From a virus (lineage: Duplodnaviria > Caudoviricetes), in the IMG/VR virus record IMGVR_UViG_3300047484_000003, positions 1-35,640 of that record: a DNA stretch of 35,640 nucleotides; one strand, 5' to 3'. The notes under the pieces were generated by a model that saw nothing but the letters and a program-made list of their open reading frames with translations, searched no databases and was not told the DNA's origin. Position 1 is the stretch's first letter, and each line of letters opens with the position of its first letter. Positions 17,045 to 26,000 of this stretch are shown piece by piece. A program made the position numbers and the translations under genes.

Positions 17045-17508
17045 ACGAGGCCAAGAAGCTTTGCAAGGATGTACTCATCAAGCCCTTTGAGGGCCTTGCA
17101 AAGCGCTTGCCTGATGGCCGTGTGACGGCCTATCCCGATCCAGGAACCCGTGGACATCCCTGGACCATAGGCTGGGGCGCTACAGGGCCAGAAATCAATC
17201 CTGGGACCGTCTGGACCATTGAGCAGTGTGAGGACGCGCTAGATCATCATGTTGAGTATTTCGTGCGTGGTTTGCTCAAGATGTCGCCAGGCCTCTCTAA
17301 GGCGCTGCCAAGGCGCATGGCTGCTGTTACAAGCTGGGCCTATAACTGCGGCCTTGGTAACTATAGGGTATCGACCTTCAAGAAGCGCATTGATGCTGGC
17401 GACTGGGATGGCGCTGCCGATCAGTGCATGCTCTGGAACAAAGCCGCTGGCCGTGTGCTGCCAGGACTAACCCGTAGGAGGGCGGCGGAAGCTGCGTTAA
17501 TGCGATGA
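17041..17508 (+). CDS. Endolysin, GH24 phage lysozyme
   Basis: FEG...AYPDP...WTIGWG (E/D/T triad), SWAYNCG, WNKAAGRVLPGLTRRRAAE. Confidence 0.92.
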   Translation: MNEAKKLCKDVLIKPFEGLAKRLPDGRVTAYPDPGTRGHPWTIGWGATGPEINPGTVWTIEQCEDALDHHVEYFVRGLLKMSPGLSKALPRRMAAVTSWAYNCGLGNYRVSTFKKRIDAGDWDGAADQCMLWNKAAGRVLPGLTRRRAAEAALMR

Positions 17509-17897
17509 GTTCAGCAACTAAGTCAGATCCTGGTAAGTGGAAGCGTATTGTTGCCTCAGTCAAGGCTTCAGGCAAGGGCGGTTCGCCAGGCCAATGGAGC
17601 GCCCGTAAGGCACAGTTAGCCACCCTGAAGTACAAGCAGTCCGGGGGAGGTTACAAAGGGCCAAAAAAAGCGGATAATTCGCTCTCAAAGTGGACGAAAG
17701 AAGACTGGGGAACGAGGTCTGGAAAACCGTCCACGCAAGGCCCTAAAGCAACGGGTGAACGCTACCTGCCCAAGGCTGCAAGACAGAAGTTGAGTCCGTC
17801 TGAGTATGCAGCGACCACGCGTGCCAAGCGTGAAGGGATGAGGCAAGGCAAGCAGTTTGTTCCCCAGCCTGAGTCGATCAGAAAGAAGGTGTGGTGA
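17505..17897 (+). CDS. Basic phage protein (DUF5872-like)
   Basis: GQWSARKAQL...YK..GGGY...LSKWTKEDW...GERYLP motif, recalled from uncultured phage proteins. Confidence 0.65.
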   Translation: MSSATKSDPGKWKRIVASVKASGKGGSPGQWSARKAQLATLKYKQSGGGYKGPKKADNSLSKWTKEDWGTRSGKPSTQGPKATGERYLPKAARQKLSPSEYAATTRAKREGMRQGKQFVPQPESIRKKVW

Positions 17898-17898
17898 C

Positions 17899-18534
17899 AT
17901 GACAGCCGCCTATGTAATGACCTACGACAATCTGGTTACTGACATTGCTCAGTACCTAGAGCGCACTGACACCGCCACCCTAGATAAGATTCCCACCTTC
18001 ATTGGGTTAACCGAGCAGAAGCTTGCTGCTAGGCTTAAGATCCTTGGCATCCTTACCGTGCAGACTAGCGCGATGGTGATTGGCAGCAATGTGATTGACA
18101 AGCCAGCACGGTGGCACAAGACGGTGAGCATGAACATCACAGTCGATGGCAGGCGCTATCCTGTCTTGCTGCGTACTGTGGAATACCTGCGCGAGTATTG
18201 GCCAGATCCTGCCGAGCAAGAGGTGCCTAAGTTTTACGCTGATTACGATTACACGCATTGGCTCATCGCACCGACGCCTGATGCAGCGTATAACTTTGAG
18301 GTGTTGTACTACGAGCGGATTCAGCCTCTGGACTCTTCCAATCAAACCAACTGGTTTACGATTTACGCACCGCAAGCATTACTGTATGGCTCTCTCGTGG
18401 AGGCGTCGATGTTCTTGAAGAATTACGATAAGGCTCAGGCCTACCGTGAAGAACTCACAACCATCCTTGAGTCGCTTGTCATAGAGAACAAGCTGCGCGT
18501 TGCTGATCGTCAAGCCGTCGTTGTGGATAGCTAA
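17899..18534 (+). CDS. Putative tail adaptor/tubular protein
   Basis: MTYDNL...IPTFI...PKFYA...IAPTPD...LLYGSLVEA pattern typical of podovirus-like adaptors. ATG at 17899. Confidence 0.6.
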   Translation: MTAAYVMTYDNLVTDIAQYLERTDTATLDKIPTFIGLTEQKLAARLKILGILTVQTSAMVIGSNVIDKPARWHKTVSMNITVDGRRYPVLLRTVEYLREYWPDPAEQEVPKFYADYDYTHWLIAPTPDAAYNFEVLYYERIQPLDSSNQTNWFTIYAPQALLYGSLVEASMFLKNYDKAQAYREELTTILESLVIENKLRVADRQAVVVDS

Positions 18535-18536
18535 TC

Positions 18537-19265
18537 ATGAGCATTTGGTCGGTTTATATCATCACGAACAAACTAAATGCCAAACAATATGTAGGCATTT
18601 CCAAAAACATCAAACAGCGTTGGAATGCGCATTTGTCTGCTAATGGCAGTGCTCCAGCACTCCATGCTGCAATTAAAAAGTATGGGAAAGACAATTTTGT
18701 TTTTTCTCAAATCTGTGACGCATTTGATTTTGAAGCGGCTTGCGATATAGAGCGCCTACTTATTAAGCAGCACAATACTAAGCATCCCAACGGATACAAT
18801 CTGACGGATGGCGGCGAGGGGGTTGTTGGGCATCCCATGACAGATGAGGGCAAGGAAATACGAAGAAACGCAAGTCTTGCGTTTTTAAGTAATCTTTCAG
18901 ATGAAGAGCGTGCGGCAAAGTATGGAACCAAAGGCCGCAAATATAGTCTAGAGCAAATTGAAAAGATTCGCGCTTCAAATAAGGGAAAAAATCTTGGCAA
19001 GAAGGCTTCTCAAGAGGTGCGAGCAAAGCTATCTGCTATCCATAAGGCCCGCCCGCGCAAGCCATTGAGCGAAGAAACAAAGGAAAAAATTAGGCAATCG
19101 TTGCTTGGCCGTAAAATGCCCGAAGCAGAGAAGCCTAAGCATGCAAGTTTTTTAGGCCGCAAGCATACAGAAGAGACTAAAGCAAAGATCCGCGCCTCAA
19201 ATATTGCCACTAAGGCGCTCATGAAGGCTAAGAAACTTGCGGAAGAGGGGGTTGAAAATGCCTAG
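18537..19265 (+). CDS. Free-standing GIY-YIG homing endonuclease with NUMOD3 repeats
   Basis: SVYIITN...QYVGIS...QRW, conserved E and GYNLTDGG; several SEETKEKIR / HTEETKAKIR repeats; AT-richer than the flanks. Confidence 0.9.
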   Translation: MSIWSVYIITNKLNAKQYVGISKNIKQRWNAHLSANGSAPALHAAIKKYGKDNFVFSQICDAFDFEAACDIERLLIKQHNTKHPNGYNLTDGGEGVVGHPMTDEGKEIRRNASLAFLSNLSDEERAAKYGTKGRKYSLEQIEKIRASNKGKNLGKKASQEVRAKLSAIHKARPRKPLSEETKEKIRQSLLGRKMPEAEKPKHASFLGRKHTEETKAKIRASNIATKALMKAKKLAEEGVENA

Positions 19266-20502
19266 CTACAACAGTCCTTTCGACGGCAACGTCATACAGC
19301 CGACTGACGTTTCATTCCGTGCGGTTACGCTGTCTGCCAATACACAGCTAGAGTGGCCAATCAACGGCAACGCCACAGACGATTTTGCAGCGAGGATTAT
19401 GAACGTGACAGCCACTGCTGGTGGCTTGTCGCTTTATATGCCACCTGCTAATCAGGCGTCTGTTGGCCAAGATGCGCTGATCAGAAACGTCGGTGCCACG
19501 ACATTTACAGTCAAGGATTACGAAGGCACGAATACGATTGTCTCGATTGCTGCAGGCGAGGCAAAGTACGTTTACATCACGGCCAACCCTACAGCCACAG
19601 GGACGTGGGGCAACATCGCCTTTGGCACAGGCACGTCGTCTGCTGATGCCGCCACACTTGCAGGTTTAGGCCTGGTAGCAAGTGGCGCAACACTTAATCA
19701 AAGCCACCCGGTCATTTCGCTGGTTACGGGTTCGACCTTTGCCACGACAGATCGCGCACAGACTTACATTTGGGCAGGTGGCGCTGGATCAGCAACGCTT
19801 CCATTGGCAGCAACGCTTGGCAATAACTGGTTTGTGCTTTTGAAGAACAACGGCACGGGCACGCTGACAATCAATACAACGTCATCGCAAAACCTTGATG
19901 GCGCAGTAAGCAAAGCTTTCCAGCCGGGTGAGTCGGCGTTTATTGTATGTACGGGCACTGAGTTCATCACGGTAGGTTATGGGGTCAGCACGCAGTTTGA
20001 GTTTGGTGTGCTGACCAAGGCAGTTACCTCGGGCACTGTCACGCTGACAGCCAGTGAGGCTTCCAACACGTTGATGATCTTTACGGGCACGCTCTCGGGC
20101 AATGTTACCGTGGTCATTCCGCCTGTCGTTAATTTTTATGTAATGAGCAATCAATGCACGGCTCCAGGCGGCGAAACGCTCACAATTGAAACGGGCGCAA
20201 TTGGTGCAAGCACCGCTACAGTGCCAGCATCGGGCCAAGCTAGCTTGTTTTGTGATGGTACTAACGTCTTAAATGCCAATACCACCCAAGCCGGCGGCAC
20301 CGCAATTAGTCTTGTTGATGGCTCTGCTGGTAGTCCATCGCTTAACTTTGGCTCAGAGACCAATACAGGCATCTACAGGCCTGGCGCTGGCCGTTTTGGT
20401 ATTTCAGTCCTGGGCAATCAGATTGTTGACGTAAATGCCAACGGTATGGATGTGACAGGCACGGGCAACTTTACGGGCGGTATCAGCGGGGGCACCTTCT
20501 GA
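19258..20502 (+). CDS. Tail/baseplate-type structural protein
   Basis: Thr/Gly-rich beta protein; DGSAGSPSLNFGSETNTGIYR fibre motif; ends GGTF. ATG at 19258 after GAGGGG. Confidence 0.65.
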   Translation: MPSYNSPFDGNVIQPTDVSFRAVTLSANTQLEWPINGNATDDFAARIMNVTATAGGLSLYMPPANQASVGQDALIRNVGATTFTVKDYEGTNTIVSIAAGEAKYVYITANPTATGTWGNIAFGTGTSSADAATLAGLGLVASGATLNQSHPVISLVTGSTFATTDRAQTYIWAGGAGSATLPLAATLGNNWFVLLKNNGTGTLTINTTSSQNLDGAVSKAFQPGESAFIVCTGTEFITVGYGVSTQFEFGVLTKAVTSGTVTLTASEASNTLMIFTGTLSGNVTVVIPPVVNFYVMSNQCTAPGGETLTIETGAIGASTATVPASGQASLFCDGTNVLNANTTQAGGTAISLVDGSAGSPSLNFGSETNTGIYRPGAGRFGISVLGNQIVDVNANGMDVTGTGNFTGGISGGTF

Positions 20503-22787
20503 TGACCAAAAAGGTCTTCGCGCTTGATACCAATCCGGGCATTCAACGTGATGGAACGCTGTTTGATAAAGAGTTCTATGTGGATGGCCGATGGGTGCGC
20601 TTTCAGCGCAAAAGGCCCAGAAAGATAGGCGGCTATAGGCAGATCACGGATCAACTTGCAGGCCCTTCACGAGGCCTTTATTTAGTTCCGCAGAACACCT
20701 ATAACAACGTCTATAGCGGTTACAGTGATGGCGTGCAGGTATTGCCCATCAACAATAATGGCGTTGGCTCAGGCATTACAGACTTAACCTTTGGCGGGTC
20801 AATCTTGACGACTAACGTCTTGGTTGCAGGCTCTGGTTATGTGGATGCAACGTATACGGGCGTACCGCTTATTTACGTCACATCAGGCACAGGCTCGGGC
20901 GCTACGGCCACCATCACGGTTGCGGGCAATGTAGTCACTGCCGTGACGATTACGGGCGGCGGCTTTGGTTACTTGGTTTACGACAAGCTAACAGCAGCCG
21001 ATGCCAATCTTGGCGGTGGTGGTGGCTCTGGCTTTAGCATTCAGGTGGCGACAGTTGATAGCTGTTTTACGCCAAGCGCTGACAATCTATGGCAGTTTGA
21101 TACGTTTAAGGATTCCTCAGGAAGCGGCCAAAACGTGCTCCTGGCGCATCCGTCGCAAGACTTGACTAACATCAGCGCAGAGTTCAATACGCCTGTCCTG
21201 GCGGCTGATTTTGCCGGTACAAACTTCAAGCCTTTGGGTGTGTTTACTGAGACAGCCGCAACGGTCACTAACGCTTCTACCGCGGTAACACTGGCCACAA
21301 GTAACTTCAATATCGGCGCTGGCCAGTTAGTAACCGGGCCAGGTATTGCTGTAGGTACGCGAGTAGCATCAGTGCAGTTAACTGCTTTGGTATTAGATAC
21401 GCCTGCCACTGCGAGCGGCACGAATGTCACGCTGACCTTTGACAATGAAGTATCAGTCTCGGGCGGTGTGGTCTCGCTGCATCCTTATGTCTTCGTTTAC
21501 GGCAATGATGGATTGATTCGGAATTGCGCTGCAGGCAACTTGGATGATTGGGTGTCTGCCGAGGCCAATGCGGTTAACGTGGCCACAGGGAAGATCGTGC
21601 AGGGCTTGCCAGTGCGTGGTGGCTCTAATTCGCCGTCAGGCTTGTTCTGGTCTCTTGATAGCCTGGTGCGTGTTTCCTTCGCTCCTACGTCGCTAGGCGT
21701 GGCTGGAACGGGCAATTTTGCGGCACCGACCTTTTGGCGCTATGACATCATCACGTCGCAGACATCAATCCTCTCATCGCAGTCCGTGATTGAGTATGAC
21801 GGCATCTATTACTGGTGCGGTGTTGATCGCTTTTTGCTTTACAACGGCGTGGTTAAAGAGATCCCTAATCAGTTCAACCAGAACTGGTTCTTTGACAACC
21901 TGAACTACACGCAACGGCAGAAAGTATTTGCTACTAAGGTCCCACGCTTTGGCGAGGTGTGGTGGTTCTACCCTCGTGGTGACGTGACTGAATGCAATGA
22001 TGCTGTGATTTACAACATCCGCGAGAATGTCTGGTATGACGTGGGGACGGCATTAGGTGCCAGGCGTTCTGCAGGTTACTTCTCGCAGGTATTTCGTTTT
22101 CCGATCAATGCTGGCTGGTTGGCCAACTATACAGGCGGTGTGCTCGACACGTCTCTTACCGACGCAGGTACAGGTTATGCAGACGCTACTTACGCTTATG
22201 AACCGCTAACAGGTGGCTCTGGCTCAGGTGCTACCGCCACGATTGTCGTATCAGGCGGCGTAGTGATTTCTGTGCAGATCAATGACCGAGGCACGGGCTA
22301 TGAAGTAGGTGACACACTGTCAGCCGTACTTGACGGTGTAGGTGCTGACTTTGAGTTGACAGTTAATACCACGATGTCATTTGTCTCGCTTTGGCAGCAT
22401 GAGGTGGGTACTGATGAAGTGGTATTCACGCAAGCCAATGCGATTGAAAGCTACTTTGAGACATCCGATCTTGGTTGGGTAGCTGGTGGACCGTCACAAC
22501 CGTCGCCTGTTGGCGAGAACAAATGGTTGCGTATTGAGCGTGTGGAGCCTGACTTTGTGCAGTCAGAGGACATGGAGTTATACGTCACAGGCCGACCCTA
22601 TGCGCAGGAAGCGGATAGCACGACAGGTCCTTATACCTTCTCGCCAAGTACAGGCAAGATTGACATGAAAGAGCAGCGCCGAGAGTTGCGACTCAAGTTT
22701 GTCAGCAATGTGGCCGGCGGTGACTACCAGTTGGGCAAGGTTATTGTGAGTGCTGATGAGGGTGATGTAAGGGGATATTCCACATGA
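20502..22787 (+). CDS. Putative tail nozzle / DNA stabilisation protein with inserted beta domains
   Basis: PGIQRDGT...WVRF...PRKIGG N-terminus, propeller-like YWCGVDRFLLYNG and EVWWFYP motifs; precedes the internal virion genes. Confidence 0.6.
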   Translation: MTKKVFALDTNPGIQRDGTLFDKEFYVDGRWVRFQRKRPRKIGGYRQITDQLAGPSRGLYLVPQNTYNNVYSGYSDGVQVLPINNNGVGSGITDLTFGGSILTTNVLVAGSGYVDATYTGVPLIYVTSGTGSGATATITVAGNVVTAVTITGGGFGYLVYDKLTAADANLGGGGGSGFSIQVATVDSCFTPSADNLWQFDTFKDSSGSGQNVLLAHPSQDLTNISAEFNTPVLAADFAGTNFKPLGVFTETAATVTNASTAVTLATSNFNIGAGQLVTGPGIAVGTRVASVQLTALVLDTPATASGTNVTLTFDNEVSVSGGVVSLHPYVFVYGNDGLIRNCAAGNLDDWVSAEANAVNVATGKIVQGLPVRGGSNSPSGLFWSLDSLVRVSFAPTSLGVAGTGNFAAPTFWRYDIITSQTSILSSQSVIEYDGIYYWCGVDRFLLYNGVVKEIPNQFNQNWFFDNLNYTQRQKVFATKVPRFGEVWWFYPRGDVTECNDAVIYNIRENVWYDVGTALGARRSAGYFSQVFRFPINAGWLANYTGGVLDTSLTDAGTGYADATYAYEPLTGGSGSGATATIVVSGGVVISVQINDRGTGYEVGDTLSAVLDGVGADFELTVNTTMSFVSLWQHEVGTDEVVFTQANAIESYFETSDLGWVAGGPSQPSPVGENKWLRIERVEPDFVQSEDMELYVTGRPYAQEADSTTGPYTFSPSTGKIDMKEQRRELRLKFVSNVAGGDYQLGKVIVSADEGDVRGYST

Positions 22788-23032
22788 GCCTGGCTGTCGT
22801 TTATGACCCGCGTTACCAAGACTTTGACTCGTGGGCAGCACTCATGTGTGAGGCTTATGCTGGTCAGCAGTTGCAGATACCAGGCCCTGGCGTGGAGTGG
22901 AAATCTTGGGCTGCTGGCCTGAAGGCGATTGACGTGTTTGCCAACGAAGCCATTCCTGAGCCATACGGGTTTGATAACTGGCAGGATTGGGCATCAGCAG
23001 TCGTTGGCGCAGTCAACGCAAGGACGGCATGA
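22784..23032 (+). CDS. Small Trp-rich hypothetical protein
   Basis: ATGA overlap with the upstream gene; 82 aa. Confidence 0.7.
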   Translation: MSLAVVYDPRYQDFDSWAALMCEAYAGQQLQIPGPGVEWKSWAAGLKAIDVFANEAIPEPYGFDNWQDWASAVVGAVNARTA

Positions 23033-23033
23033 C

Positions 23034-26000
23034 ATGGCGTTATATCAAAGCCTAGCATCAGAGACTCATGATCCCTATGGCCAAGAATATTTGGCTCCGG
23101 GTACGATTAGTTCGCTCGCAAAGATCTATGCACCTAGCATGAATCGAGATGCTGCTGTTAAAACTCTGCTATTACTCGGTGGAAGACAGGCGGATGTTGA
23201 TGCGGCTGTACAAGGTTTGTATTTTCAAGGTGAAACGCCGCCTGCTGCAAGTCCAACCGGAGCGTTGTCAACGGCTACAGCCGCACCGTCTGCCGCAAAT
23301 GTAACGGGTGCGCTGTCAACACCAACGTCTGTAACGCAGGCCTTTGTCCCTCCAGATCAATGGGGTGTGGCTGGCGGTGCTTACGACACGCCAGAAGAAA
23401 AGATCAATTACTTCAATCAATACAACGTCACGCCAGAGGCTTTATTAGCTGCTGGCGTTTCACAGGGCGACATTGATTGGATGCGAGGTTATCAGTCAGC
23501 GCCTTATACGGTGGGATTACCAAAGGCTGGCGCTTTGTCCACGGCTACAAATGCTGCGCAAGCCGTTGCAAATACTGCGAGTTCTCGCACGAATACGTCG
23601 GGTGGAAATATTGCAATTCTCGGCGATTCATTGTCATCAACACTTGGCTATGACGCATCAGGAAATTCCATAGGCAGTTTGACTGATGTGCTTGGCAGCG
23701 GCTTTTCAAATATTAGCCGTGGTGGCATGACAACGACTGAAGCGTTAACAGGCATAAAACCTGAAGCGCTTTCGGGCAATACAGAAGACTCAGCATTTGC
23801 AACCACAGGCGGCACATTTCAATCATTTTTAGATTCTTCCCATCCTGGCACGGTGTTGCTGCGATATGGTGCTGCAGACGCTGCCATTTTGAGAGACCCA
23901 GCGCAGACGCTTACAAATTTAGAAACAATGATTCAAATGTCTAATCAAGCTGGGTCTAAGCCTGTGCTTGTAGGCATTCCGCCCGTAGCTACATCAGGCG
24001 ATCCGAGACATGGGGGTTTATACGGCAATTATTTTGATTTTATGCCGCCATTGGTACAGCAAATCAACCAAGGCATGCAAGCCCTCGCAAGCAAATATGG
24101 GCTGCAATACATTGATCTGTCGGGCGTGCAGATTCCTGAAGGTGGCCTGTTGGATGGTTTGCACCCAAATGCAGAAACAGGCGCATTGATTGCAAATGAA
24201 ATTAAAAATCAACTTGCTTCAACTCCGACCAGCGCTCAGACGGTTGGAACGTCGGCAGCGCCTACGGCGGGTGGACTGTCCGGTCTCTCAACTGTAACTG
24301 GCGCAACAGGTGCGGATACTACAACAGCAGGCGCGACAACTAGTATGTCGGTGCCAACTACGACTAGCGGGTTGTCTAGTCTTGATAAATCAGCCGCAAT
24401 AGCAAACGCCAATCTTCCAGAAGAAACAGAGGCGGTAACCGGCGTAAAGCCAAGAACCACAGATGATTTTAGAGCAAGCACCACGGCTGCTGAAAATTAT
24501 TTGATGGCGGTTGATCCGAATATTAAAAGCGCATTTTTCAAACCAGGATCTTCTGATCGTTATACAGGAACCTTTGTAAACACATACAAAGTAGTTGACG
24601 GGAAGATGGTTCCTGTTGAAGCAAATTCTCAGAACGTAGGCGATGAGAATACTGTCTTTATGGTCGGCGGTGCGCCTAGTGGTGATTACGCGGGTCAGCA
24701 GCGCGTAAGTCAAGCCTACATTATGAAAAATGGTGTGCTTACGCCAATAGGCACACCGCAGAACTATACCGCCCCTGAAGATACGCCATTTTTCAGAGAG
24801 TTCTTGATTCAAGGTGTGCTGCCAATGGCGCTCGCCGCTGCTGGTGGATTAGGGTTTACAGAGGTGCTTGGCGGAGCTTTATCAGGCGGTGCTTTAGCAG
24901 GGTCAAGTGCCGCTGCTTTGGGTAGTGGCGCATTAAATTTCGGAGCGCAAATACTTGCTGGGCGAGACCCGGTTGACGCCTTGAAAGGTTCTGTTCTGAG
25001 CGCCGGAGCCGGAATGGTTGCTAACCAGGTGGGTTCTATGCTCCCGCCTGAAATGGCCGCAGTCGGCAAGCAGGCAATAACGCAGCTAATTACAACCGGC
25101 AAGATCAATCCTATAGCCTTAGCCACGAGCGCGGGTCTTGCCTATGCGTCTGACACTTTGGCTGCAGAGACAGGACTAGACAAAGCAACCGCCGGCAAGT
25201 TAGTCAATGCAGGCTATCAGCTTTTTCAGGGCAACGAATTAGGCGCTTTATCCACGCTAATTCAACCAACGGGAACTTCTTCGACAGGAGCGACAAGCAG
25301 TGCTGGGACTGGCGATGTTATTGACGAGTACAACGTCGTCAGCGGCGGCTTATCAACAAGCGCCAACCCGGCTGAAGATGAGTTAATCGCCCGGCAACAG
25401 CGCGTCACGGCTGCAAACCAAGCCATTTCTGACTATCTAGGGCCAGGCAATGACCTGAGTCGTGAAGGGCTTGTTAGTCAATTGCAATCTCTTGGTTTTA
25501 GCGCGGCAGACTCAGAAAATTATGCCAAGCAGGCTGATGCGCAAATCAATCAGCAGCGTGTCGGTGCTGATGTAATGAATCGGTATTCGCGCATTGACCC
25601 CGAGTTTGGCACTCCTGGATTAGATCGTCAGACTGCTGTGGCAGAGATGGTAGCGGCGGGATTTTCTGATGCGCGGGCTAATGAACTTCTCAATGGTATT
25701 GATGCGCAGAATGCCATCAAGCTTGAGAACAAACTTAGCGTTCAATCTGCCTATCGTGACTTCATCGCAGGAACGGGCACAGAAGATCAACTGCGTAGTG
25801 CATTGACCTCAGCAGGTTACAACGACGCAGCGATTAACGACTTGGTAATGAGGGGTCGCGGTGTCATTGAAGGCCAGAAGCTAACTGCTGGCGAAGGTGC
25901 GCAAGAGCGTGCTGCCACGCTTCCTGATATTCGCGCAGAAGTTGCTGCCAAGCCAACATTTAGTGAAGCTTATGCGTTAGCACGAGAAAAACTCGGTGCA

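Noticed and set aside
18537-19265. Group I intron around the GIY-YIG gene
   Set aside because: Both flanking genes look complete and there is no non-coding room for a ribozyme core.
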